Positions 8,101-16,500 of a stretch of 32,000 nucleotides of DNA are shown here, one piece after another. Both the position numbers and the translations under genes were made by a program. Numbering within the stretch: the first letter of the stretch is position 1; each line of letters begins with the position of its first letter. Under the pieces are notes generated by a model, which saw nothing but the letters and a program-made list of their open reading frames with translations, had not been told where the DNA came from and ran no database searches. Source of the DNA: Nostoc sp. PCC 7120 = FACHB-418. GTDB taxonomy: Bacteria; Cyanobacteriota; Cyanobacteriia; Cyanobacteriales; Nostocaceae. The DNA is taken from the NCBI RefSeq assembly GCF_000009705.1, contig NC_003272.1:3150001-3182000 (forward strand), in the 5' to 3' direction.

Positions 8101-10037
8101 GAATATGAGGAAGGTAAGGCAGATGGAGAAGGAGGAATAATTGTCGAGTCAAGGGTTGTTTCTTGTTCCCAATCTATTGCTAGTTTTGGTTGTTGACAAC
8201 TCTGTAAAAATTCGATGATTTCAGGTTTGCGTTCTTGTAATTGTGCTTTTAAGTGCGGGGTTAAAACTCCTTTGGGCGCATTACATCTTAGTTTGGGGAT
8301 GCTCTCAGTATCTTCTAACCAAATCCGAATATCTAAATTTTGTAATTCTGAAAGTAATGATTGAATTGAAGTTACCCCTCCCCAACCCTCCCCTTGTAAA
8401 AGGGAGGGAGTTTTAATATTCGCTAGGATAAGTGATGGTTGAGTGTTGGGTGTAAGGAAGATTTCTTCACAACCATAGAGGCGTTTACTGAGTATTTCTT
8501 GGCTATGACAATATTCAATGAGTTTGTTAGATTCAATTATAGCTAGGGATTCTGGTGTATATATAATTGAGGTGATGAAGGTCAGCCACGGTTCTTGACC
8601 CATTGCATAAACGTAAACTTGCTGAGGTTTCAGTTGTTGCACTAGGGCGATCGCTCTGCTACTATTAGAACCGTCTAACCGTCGCGTTTGGGCAATTTTT
8701 CGCGGTACTTGATTGGTTAATAATGCTCCATACGCCCATGTATAAGGCGCACCTTCGCATTCCATCCCAATAAACAAGACATCTATATCCCCAAAGATTT
8801 GCTGTAGGTGGCTGTACAATTGGGGTGCAATATTATTAGAATCGGCTGCACATAAGATTGAACGTCCTTTAAGATTTACTAAATACGCAGCTTTCGCACC
8901 TATATTTAAATCTCCATGTTCTCCTAAAAATGGCAAGGCGGTAATATATCCGTCTGTCAGATTAATTACTTCTAACTCGTCAATTTCCCGGATATCTGCA
9001 AAGCCAATTTGTTGCAGCATCAATTTTAAGGAAGGGTCTATTAATATTCCCTTATTGCTTTTAGGAACTACCACTGTTTTAACTTTGTGGCGTAACTGCA
9101 ACAGCGTTTCTAACATTACATGGTCTTGGTGATTGTGGGTCAGAATAACGTAGTCAATCACACGGGGTAAATTCTCGTAGGTGTAGCGATTCATCCCCGA
9201 ATCATGGGGATAGCTAATGATGGGATCACAGAGAATATTGACTGATTCGGTTTGAATTAAAACACAAGCATGACCAAAGTAGCGAACTCTTACAGCTTCC
9301 TCTGTGTAGTCGGGTTCTAGGTTGGGGGGTGTGGTGGTAAAAAATTCGGCAAATAGTGATTCTTGATGAGGTTGAATTTGCAGGGTGTCTCGAATATCGT
9401 TGTAGGGTTGGGGAGTGTGACGCATTTGTGAGAGTTGGTCAAGACGGCGATCGCTAAATGCTATTTTTAGATGTATACTCTCGTCATCTGGTAAGCGCGG
9501 TGTACTCAAAACAAAAGCGCGTTTATCCCCGTCACCCAAGTACAAATTTACCGATTGATTGGCAGGATTATAATATGGACTGCGATATAGTAGCCCTTCA
9601 ATAAAGCGAATTGAGGGGTGATTGTTACTATCCTGTACCAATTCTACGTAACCCCGTAGCGGTTGAGGAATTTGACTATACAAAGGTTCTAGAGAATAAC
9701 CCTGGGGGTGTGCAGCTAAGAGTTTTTCTAAATCTTGAATTGCTTGCGCTAGTTCTAGCATTTGCGCTTGCTGCTTTTGCGTTGTCTCCAGTAATACCCG
9801 AATATCCTCAACTTGACTGGGATTATGGTTGATGAAGGGGCTACCAGTCATCGCTGGATTTTTTAAAGCATCGTGGTGTACCTGCGGCGCAGCAATGAAT
9901 GATTGCATAATTGGTACATGAGAATTAGCAATGTACATTGCGGCTGTGGCGGGAGAAATTAAATATGACCAGGCGTACCACTGATTGAATAGTGGTTCAA
10001 TGATGACATTGGGTTTGAGATACATTGGTTGTGTCAT
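6978..10037 (-). CDS. Tri-partite enzyme: CmlA-like di-iron metallo-beta-lactamase-fold hydroxylase + internal TubC-type docking domain + thioester reductase (R) domain; no carrier domain
   Basis: YFGHACVL (~9262-9285). HxHxDH as LTHNHQDHV (~9118-9145). Docking-like LDIRIWLEDTESIPKLRCNAPKGVLTPHLKAQLQERKPEIIEFLQ (~8202-8370). R domain LLLTGATGFIGAFLLREL (~8060-8095) and GGYPQSKWAAEKL (~7590-7620). No GGxS carrier motif. The start lies 2 nt after the NRPS4 stop. Confidence 0.85.
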   Translation of the reverse strand: MTQPMYLKPNVIIEPLFNQWYAWSYLISPATAAMYIANSHVPIMQSFIAAPQVHHDALKNPAMTGSPFINHNPSQVEDIRVLLETTQKQQAQMLELAQAIQDLEKLLAAHPQGYSLEPLYSQIPQPLRGYVELVQDSNNHPSIRFIEGLLYRSPYYNPANQSVNLYLGDGDKRAFVLSTPRLPDDESIHLKIAFSDRRLDQLSQMRHTPQPYNDIRDTLQIQPHQESLFAEFFTTTPPNLEPDYTEEAVRVRYFGHACVLIQTESVNILCDPIISYPHDSGMNRYTYENLPRVIDYVILTHNHQDHVMLETLLQLRHKVKTVVVPKSNKGILIDPSLKLMLQQIGFADIREIDELEVINLTDGYITALPFLGEHGDLNIGAKAAYLVNLKGRSILCAADSNNIAPQLYSHLQQIFGDIDVLFIGMECEGAPYTWAYGALLTNQVPRKIAQTRRLDGSNSSRAIALVQQLKPQQVYVYAMGQEPWLTFITSIIYTPESLAIIESNKLIEYCHSQEILSKRLYGCEEIFLTPNTQPSLILANIKTPSLLQGEGWGGVTSIQSLLSELQNLDIRIWLEDTESIPKLRCNAPKGVLTPHLKAQLQERKPEIIEFLQSCQQPKLAIDWEQETTLDSTIIPPSPSALPSSYSSLLLTGATGFIGAFLLRELLNKTTASVYCLIKANNLEIATQRIIKTLQDYQIWDSSYSDRIIPIVGDLAQPKLGLSELKFQNLANQIDVIYHNGARVNHTEPYSRLKPANVLGTQEIFRLASQSKLKPVHLISSISILAGNKNSNFQVTEDANLDDYGIPIGGYPQSKWAAEKLAITAVKRGIPVKIYRLGAVSGDSQTGVFNQNDFLYKLLLGYVQLGSIPDTPMPLEILPVDYVCRAIVELSKITSNQQIFHIIQPQATTSDIVFEQLKKVGIEIKKTSYHQWRNQILQIAQNSPEHILYPLIPLLPRQRTTNQTPTNNKLQIDNRKTQTILNQLIPPPTINETLIQTYLSHLIQKNLIQKPPSNLRAPLR
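8202..8370 (-). other. Internal TubC_N-type (beta-hairpin) docking domain
   Basis: Aligns by eye to the NRPS4 N-terminus: L-D-[IV]-[RK]-[IL]-W-[LV]-E-D...LRC..P..VLT..L...L..RK.EII.FL. Confidence 0.75.
8371..8412. repeat. C-rich imperfect palindromic element (hairpin-A type) forming the linker between the MBL and docking domains
   Basis: gttacccctccccaaccctccccttgtaaaagggagggagtt, read as TPSLLQGEGWGGVT. Related to the PPSLVGKG(V/A)(R/G)GLG-coding elements at 27189 and 29031. Confidence 0.8.
8450..10037 (-). other. CmlA-like hydroxylase half (N-terminal ~245-aa domain plus MBL fold) of the 1019-aa protein
   Basis: HxHxDH, YFGHAC, GEHGD and GMECEG segments. The layout (extra N-terminal domain followed by an MBL fold, inside an NRPS cluster) matches my memory of CmlA-family beta-hydroxylases. 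Borders are approximate. Confidence 0.6.
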
Positions 10038-10039
10038 GG

Positions 10040-13000
10040 TTAAATTTCAAACTCCTCTCGTTCATCATCGCTGGTATCAGATATTACTGGAATTTCTGCC
10101 TTTAGTTGTCGTTGTAAAATTCGTTCCGCTAAACCTGCTACTGTTGGTGCATCAAACAAATCCATGACGGTAAGTTCGACTTGAAATACCTGCAAAGCTT
10201 GGGCGATTAATTGAGTGGCGATGAGAGAATGTCCCCCCAATTCAAAAAAGTCATCCTGAATACTCACCTTTTCTAACTTGAGTATCTGGGCGTATATATC
10301 GGCTAATTGCGCTTCGATATCTGTACGGGGGGCGATAAATTCAGCGTTTGCTAGGACTTGTTCGGGTGCGGGGAGTGCGTGGGTGTCTACTTTACCGTTG
10401 GGTGTCAGGGGTAAATCAGTCAGTAGCACAAACGCCGACGGAACAAGATATTCGGGTAACTTCTCTCGCATGAAAGCTCGGAGGGATTGGGGATTGGGGA
10501 TTGGGGACTGGGGATTGGGGATTGGGGATTGGGGAAATTTTTGCTCCCCTCCTTCCTCATTGGGAATGACGTAGGCGACTAAACGCTTCTCCCCTGGTTG
10601 GTCTTCGCGGACAATTACTACTCCAGCACGCACCCCAGGATGTTGACATAATAAGGTTTCCACTTCTTGCGGTTCAATGCGAAAACCGCGAATTTTGACT
10701 TGGTTATCAACCCTTCCTAAAAGTCTGATGCGACCATCAGGTAAGTAATAAGCTAAGTCACCGGTTTTATAAAGTCTGGAATCACTGTTGACTGTTGACT
10801 GTTGACTGTTGACTAAGGACACTTCTTTTCCCAGTCCCCAGTCCCCAGTCCCCAGTCCCCAGTCCCTAATAAATCTTTCGGCTGTTAAATCTGGGCGATT
10901 TAGATAACCTCGCGCTAAACCTATTCCACCAATGTAGAGTTCACCAATTACGCCGATGGGGACGGGTTGTAAATAATTATCTAATATATATAGTTGTTTG
11001 TTGGCACTGGGGCGAATGGTGGGAACTAGGGGATGACCGTTTCCACAAAGTACCATGCTGGCGTTGACTGTAACTTCCGTTGGGCCGTAAGCGTTGATAA
11101 AACGTCTTCCTTGTGACCATTTGGCGATTAATTCAGGTGATGGTGCTTCACCTCCTACTAGTACCATTCGCAAATGTGGTAAGTCTGCTGAGGGGAGTAG
11201 GGATAGGGCTGAGGGGGTGATAGTTATATGAGTAACTGCGTTGTCCCGTAGCAGTTTTAGTAAGGTTTCTCCTGGTAGTAAAGATTCTGATTTGGCTAGA
11301 CAAAGTTTTGCACCGCTTCCCAAAGCCATGATGATTTCGGGGATAGAAGCATCAAAGCTGAGTGAGAAAAATTGCAGTACACAATCACCGGGATGAACAT
11401 CACAAACTTGTATTTTATGTTGTGTGAGGTTGGTTAAGCCGATGTGGGGGATTAAAACCCCTTTTGGTTTACCAGTAGAACCGGAGGTGTAAATTAAATA
11501 AGCTAAATTTTCTGGTTTAACTTCACTTTCTGGGTTTTCTATACTGCATTGAGAAATTGTTTCCCAGTCTGTATCTAGGTAAATTATTTCGTAGCTTGAG
11601 GAAGTGGCAACTTTCAGGCTTGTTTCTGTTAGTAAAATTGGTACTTGGGAATCAGCCAACATATACCCCAGGCGTTCTGGGGGATAATTGGGGTCGAGGG
11701 GGAGATATGCACCACCAGCTTTGAGGATACCAAGTAAAGCGATGATCATTAATGGGGAACGCTCTACACATAATCCCACAATTACCTCTGGTTTCACCCC
11801 TTTTTTTTTGAGGTAATGAGCAACTTGATTACTTTTTTGATTGAGTTCTGTGTAAGTAAGAGACTGATTTTCAAAGATAATCGCTACTTCATCTGGTGTT
11901 TTTTCTACCTGCGCTGCAAATAAGTCTTGAAAGGTTAAATGGCTAGGACATTCTACTTGGGTTTGATTCCAATCAATGAGAATAGTTTGTTTTTCTTTAT
12001 CTGTCAGTAATGGTAATTCGGAAATCCGTTTTTGTGGATTCTCAACAATCGCCGTCAATACCGTTTGAAAATGTCCTACCATTCGGTTAATTGTCTCTGG
12101 TGCAAACAAATCTCGGTTATATTCAAATGCACCTACAAAACCCTCTGATGTTTCGTACATATCCAAACTTAAATCTAGTTTGGCACTTGCTTCTGTCCGA
12201 TTTAAAGGTCTGAGAGTTAACCCTGGTAATTCTAATTTTTCTGTAGGGGCATTTTCTAACCGAAATTTTACCTGAAATAGTGGATTAAAACTTAAATCTC
12301 TTTCCGGTTGCAGGACTTCTACTAATTTTTCAAAAGGTATATCTTGATGGTCGTAAGCTTGCCAAGTTGTATTTATTAGCTGCTGTAATAATTCCTGAAA
12401 ACTGGGATTATCTGCTAAATTTGTCCGCAATACTAATGTGTTGACAAAAAAGCCAATTAAAGCTTCTATTTCTCGACGATGGCGATTAGCTACGGGAGTC
12501 CCAACGAGGATATCTGTTTGTCCGGTATAGCGATGCAGGAGAATTTTATAAGCCGTGAGGAGGGTAACAAAAGGCGTGACACCTGCATTTTTTGCGAGTT
12601 TGATAATACCTTGACTCAATTGAGGAGAGAGAGAAAAAGATTCAATTGCACCCCGAAATGTCTGTACTCTTCCACGGGGGTAGTCGGTGGGTAATTGTAA
12701 TACTGGGAGGATACCGCCTAATTGTTGTCGCCAATAGTCTAGTTGAGTTTCTAAAACTTCTCCTTGTAACCATTGTCTTTGCCAAATTGCAAAATCAACA
12801 TACTGAATTGCTAACTCTGGTAAAGGGGATGGTTGATTACCACTAAAGGCAGTATAAAGGGTTGCTAATTCTTTAACTAAAATTTCCATTGACCAACCAT
12901 CAGAAACGATGTGGTGCATGGTAAATAAAACTACATTTTCATCTTTAGCTAGTTGGAGAATTTTCACCCGCAATAATACATCTGTGGCTAAATCAAAAGG

Positions 13001-13534
13001 TGTTTGTGCTTCTTTTAAAGCCAGGTGACGGACTTCTTCATCTTGTTCGAGGAGATTAAAGGCTTGTAAATCTATCACAGCCAGGGGAAGGGTGACACTC
13101 GGCTGAATATCTAAAACAGGATTTCCATCTACAGTTTTGAAGTTTGTGCGTAGTAGCTCATGACGTTGGATAATGGTATTTAGCGATCGCTCCAATAATC
13201 CAACATCCAAAATCCCCGTCAATCTGACTGCTGTCGGTAAATTATAAGTATAACTATCGGGTTGTAATTGTTCTAAAAACCACAATCTTTGTTGAGCAAA
13301 AGACAGAGGTAGGTTGCCGTTGCGTGGTGCTGGGGTAATTGCTTGTGTATAATTTGTAGATGACTTAGCTTGACGTAAAAAAGTGATGATTTCAGATTTG
13401 CGCGATCGCAATTCTCCAGTCAGTTCATCCGTCAGCACATCTTCAGGAATACTACACCGTAAATTAGCATCTTCTACCCACAATTTAACATCAAGGCTGT
13501 AAAGGTGTGCCAGAAATTTTTCAATAGTTTTCAT
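10040..13534 (-). CDS. NRPS subunit 4: N-terminal TubC-type docking domain-C(LCL)-A-T
   Basis: Docking: LYSLDVKLWVEDANLRCSIPEDVLTDELTGELRSRKSEIITFLRQ. C: LPLSFAQQRLWF, MHHIVSDGWS (Met206 codon 12917-12919). A: LAYLIYTSGSTGKPKG (~11465-11515), YKTGD, NGKVD. T: FFELGGHSL (~10215-10250). Manual specificity code DAPTLGAVNK, which I cannot assign. C-terminal tail ...SDTSDDEREEFEI. Confidence 0.95.
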   Translation of the reverse strand: MKTIEKFLAHLYSLDVKLWVEDANLRCSIPEDVLTDELTGELRSRKSEIITFLRQAKSSTNYTQAITPAPRNGNLPLSFAQQRLWFLEQLQPDSYTYNLPTAVRLTGILDVGLLERSLNTIIQRHELLRTNFKTVDGNPVLDIQPSVTLPLAVIDLQAFNLLEQDEEVRHLALKEAQTPFDLATDVLLRVKILQLAKDENVVLFTMHHIVSDGWSMEILVKELATLYTAFSGNQPSPLPELAIQYVDFAIWQRQWLQGEVLETQLDYWRQQLGGILPVLQLPTDYPRGRVQTFRGAIESFSLSPQLSQGIIKLAKNAGVTPFVTLLTAYKILLHRYTGQTDILVGTPVANRHRREIEALIGFFVNTLVLRTNLADNPSFQELLQQLINTTWQAYDHQDIPFEKLVEVLQPERDLSFNPLFQVKFRLENAPTEKLELPGLTLRPLNRTEASAKLDLSLDMYETSEGFVGAFEYNRDLFAPETINRMVGHFQTVLTAIVENPQKRISELPLLTDKEKQTILIDWNQTQVECPSHLTFQDLFAAQVEKTPDEVAIIFENQSLTYTELNQKSNQVAHYLKKKGVKPEVIVGLCVERSPLMIIALLGILKAGGAYLPLDPNYPPERLGYMLADSQVPILLTETSLKVATSSSYEIIYLDTDWETISQCSIENPESEVKPENLAYLIYTSGSTGKPKGVLIPHIGLTNLTQHKIQVCDVHPGDCVLQFFSLSFDASIPEIIMALGSGAKLCLAKSESLLPGETLLKLLRDNAVTHITITPSALSLLPSADLPHLRMVLVGGEAPSPELIAKWSQGRRFINAYGPTEVTVNASMVLCGNGHPLVPTIRPSANKQLYILDNYLQPVPIGVIGELYIGGIGLARGYLNRPDLTAERFIRDWGLGTGDWGLGKEVSLVNSQQSTVNSDSRLYKTGDLAYYLPDGRIRLLGRVDNQVKIRGFRIEPQEVETLLCQHPGVRAGVVIVREDQPGEKRLVAYVIPNEEGGEQKFPQSPIPNPQSPIPNPQSLRAFMREKLPEYLVPSAFVLLTDLPLTPNGKVDTHALPAPEQVLANAEFIAPRTDIEAQLADIYAQILKLEKVSIQDDFFELGGHSLIATQLIAQALQVFQVELTVMDLFDAPTVAGLAERILQRQLKAEIPVISDTSDDEREEFEI
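10483..10534. repeat. STRR1-variant array (ATTGGGG x6, ACTGGGG x1) in the A8-A9 loop of the NRPS4 A domain
   Basis: Counted directly. Read as PQSPIPNPQSPIPNPQS. Confidence 0.95.
10784..10814. repeat. STRR3 array (ACTGTTG)x4 in the A6-A7 loop of NRPS4
   Basis: Coding strand CAACAGT, read as NSQQSTVNS. Confidence 0.95.
10830..10866. repeat. STRR1 array (CCCAGTC)x5 in the A6-A7 loop of NRPS4
   Basis: Coding strand GGGGACT, read as DWGLGTGDWGLG. Confidence 0.95.
13370..13534 (-). other. N-terminal TubC_N-type docking domain of NRPS4
   Basis: MKTIEKFLAHLYSLDVKLWVEDANLRCSIPEDVLTDELTGELRSRKSEIITFLRQ precedes the C domain. Confidence 0.75.
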
Positions 13535-16500
13535 AGCGATATCTCCTTACGACCTGATTGTTCAGACGGGGTAGTTTGCATTTGTTGAATACTCTGTTGC
13601 AGAATCATAATTCGTTCTGCAAGTCCGGCAATTGTGGGTTTTTCAAATACACTATGTAAAGGTAAATCCAATTGAAAAGCTTCTCTGAGTCTTGATGTCA
13701 CCCGAATTGCTGAAAGGGAATTTCCCCCCAATTCAAAGAAGTTTTCATCTACTCCCATGCGTTCTAGTCGCAACACATCGGCCAAAATGTTGGCAATAAT
13801 TGTTTCTGTAGAATTACGCGGTGCAATATAAGATTGATTTGCATGGCGTACAGTTTCAGGTGTCGGTAAAGCTTGACGATTGATTTTACCGTTAGGCAAT
13901 AAAGGTAATTCTGACAACATCACAAATACAGAAGGCAACATATATTCTGGTAATTGAGATGCCAACAATTTTTCTAATTCGCTGGTGAAATCTGGCGACT
14001 CAAGGCTAGTTGATTTCTGCACCACATAAGCCCCTAAACGCTGATTATCAGCTTGTTTTGAGTCTAAAATCACCACCGCTTGCTGTACATCAGGATGTTG
14101 ATTAATTACCGCTTCAATTTCCCCTAATTCAATCCTCAACCCCCGAATTTTTACCTGATTATCCAATCGCCCCAAGTATTCTAAATTACCATCAGGCAAA
14201 TAGCGAGCAAGGTCGCCTGTTTTATAGAGAGTGCTGAGTGCTGAGTGCTGAGTGCTGAGTTGGGAGTTGAGAGTTGGGTTATTTTTTTCCCCAGTCCCCA
14301 GTCCCCAGTCCCCAGTCCCCAGTCCCCCAACAAACCTTTCCGTCGTTAAATCTGGACGTTTCCAATAACCTCTGGCGACTCCTACACCACCGATGTAAAT
14401 TTCACCTGGAATACCTAAAGGTACTGGTTGTAAATAATCATTTAAAAGGTAAATTTGGGTGTTAGTAATTGGACGACCGATAGGCACTGTATGTAAATTA
14501 TCTGTAGGCTGACATTGCCAATATGTGACATCAATTGCGGCTTCTGTCGGCCCATATAAATTGTGTAATTCTGCATCCAAATGCTGGAAGAAACGATTTT
14601 GAATTTCTATTGATAAAGCTTCACCGCTACAAATTACCCGCTTCAAGCTGTGACAACGTTCATTTAAATTTGGTGCTTCTAAAAACACTCCTAACATCGT
14701 CGGCACAAAGTGTAATGTCGTGATCTTGTGCTGTGCAATAATTTCTAATAAATAATTTGGATCTTGATGTCCTCCTGGTTTAGACATCACCAAACGACCA
14801 CCATTTAGTAATGTCCAGAAAAATTCCCACACTGAAACATCAAAACTAAAGGGAGTTTTTTGTAAAACAACTTCTCCTCTTTCTAAACCATACTGTTGCT
14901 GCATCCAATACAATCGATTACTCACACCGCGATGGGTGTTAATTACTCCCTTGGGTGTGCCTGTAGAACCAGAGGTATAGATAATATAAATTGCATCTTC
15001 ATGATTAACATTTGTGATGGGATTATTGTCAGGTTTCTGGGTGATTTCCTGCCAATCTGTATCTAAGCATAAGCACAAGGTTTTATTCAATACTTTGCTG
15101 GAGGCTTGGGAAGAGGTAAACCCTAGCAATTTTTCTAATAAACTTTCCTGAGTTAATACTACTGGGACTTGAGTTTCATTAATAATATATGTCAACCTAG
15201 ATGCAGGATAAGCAGGGTCAAGAGGAACATAACAACCTCCAGCTTTGAGGATACCTAAAATCCCAATGACCATTTCTAAAGAACGTTCAATATAAATCCC
15301 AACTGGTGTTTCTGGTTGTACTCCCCAGGTTTGCAAATAATGAGCTAATTGATTAGCACGTTGATTTAATTCTCTATAGGTAAGTTGTTGTTCCTCAAAG
15401 ACCACAGCAACATCATCGGGTGTTCTTTCTACCTGGATGTCAAATTGCTGATGAATACATTCTAGGGGATAATATGCTTCTGTTTGATTCCATTTGTGGA
15501 TGGTTTCATACTCTTGCTGAGTTAATAAAGGTAGGTTTCCTATTGTTTGCCCTGGTTGACTCATTCCTAATAACAAATTACAGAAATGCTCTAATAATTG
15601 AGTGATGGCATTATCTGTAAATCTGTTGCGGTCATATTTTACTTTTAATGACAATTGATTCCCTACAGAAACCAACATGGTTAAGGGAAAACTTGTCCAT
15701 TCTAAAGATTGAATATCAATAATACGTAAATCTTGGTTTTGGGAAATTCCCGATGTATCAACGGGATAATTTTCAAATACTAAAATACTGTCAAATAATG
15801 AAGTTCCTGGTGTAAGTTCGCTCCATTCTTGAATTTCTAAGAGTGATGTATATTCATATTCTAGAGCTTCTGCTTGTTGTGCTTGTAATTTTTGCAACCA
15901 CTCAACTAAATCATCTGTGGGTGATACCTGAACCCGCACCGGCAAAGTATTGATAAATAATCCCACCATTGACTCTACACCAGCGAGGGTTGCGGGTCGT
16001 CCTGATGAGGTTGCACCAAAGACTACATCGGTGGTGTTGCAATAGCGGCTTAATAATAAGGCAAAAGCACCCTGTAAGAGAGTATTCAGGGTTAATTGTT
16101 GCTCTTTTGCCCATTGTTGCAACCCAGTTGTTTGATTCGGGGTGAGACTGCGGGTTTGTTCTTGGGGTGTGAGGTTTTTGTTTTCTCTTTGGGCAAATCG
16201 TTGTATGACAGTGGGTGTAGTAAATCCTGCAAGTTGTTTTTGCCAGAATGTTTTAGCGGCAATTTTATCTTGTTGTTGTAACCAAGCTATGTAGTCACCG
16301 TAGGGGCGGGAATTAGGATAATAAGATGGGGAATTATAATAATTTTGAAATACTTCTTTAATTACTAATGCTGATGACCAACCATCGAGAATTAAATGAT
16401 GTTGTGTCCAGATAAGAATATATTTAGTTGCTGATAATTGAATTAGGGTTAAACGTAATAATGGAGGTTGTTTGATGTCGAAGGAGAAGGTGCGATCGCT

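Noticed and set aside
10278-10574. 98-aa plus-strand ORF containing DWGLGIGDWGLGIGDWG
   Set aside because: It is the antisense reading of the STRR1-type array inside NRPS4. STRR1 is stop-free in both orientations, so it generates shadow ORFs. It has no independent start context or motifs and lies wholly inside a well-supported NRPS gene.
11801-11809. T9 homopolymer (A9 on the coding strand, YLKKKGV) in NRPS4 as a frameshift or pseudogene signal
   Set aside because: The reading frame is intact through it and A-domain motifs continue on both sides. I note it only as a slippage-prone run.
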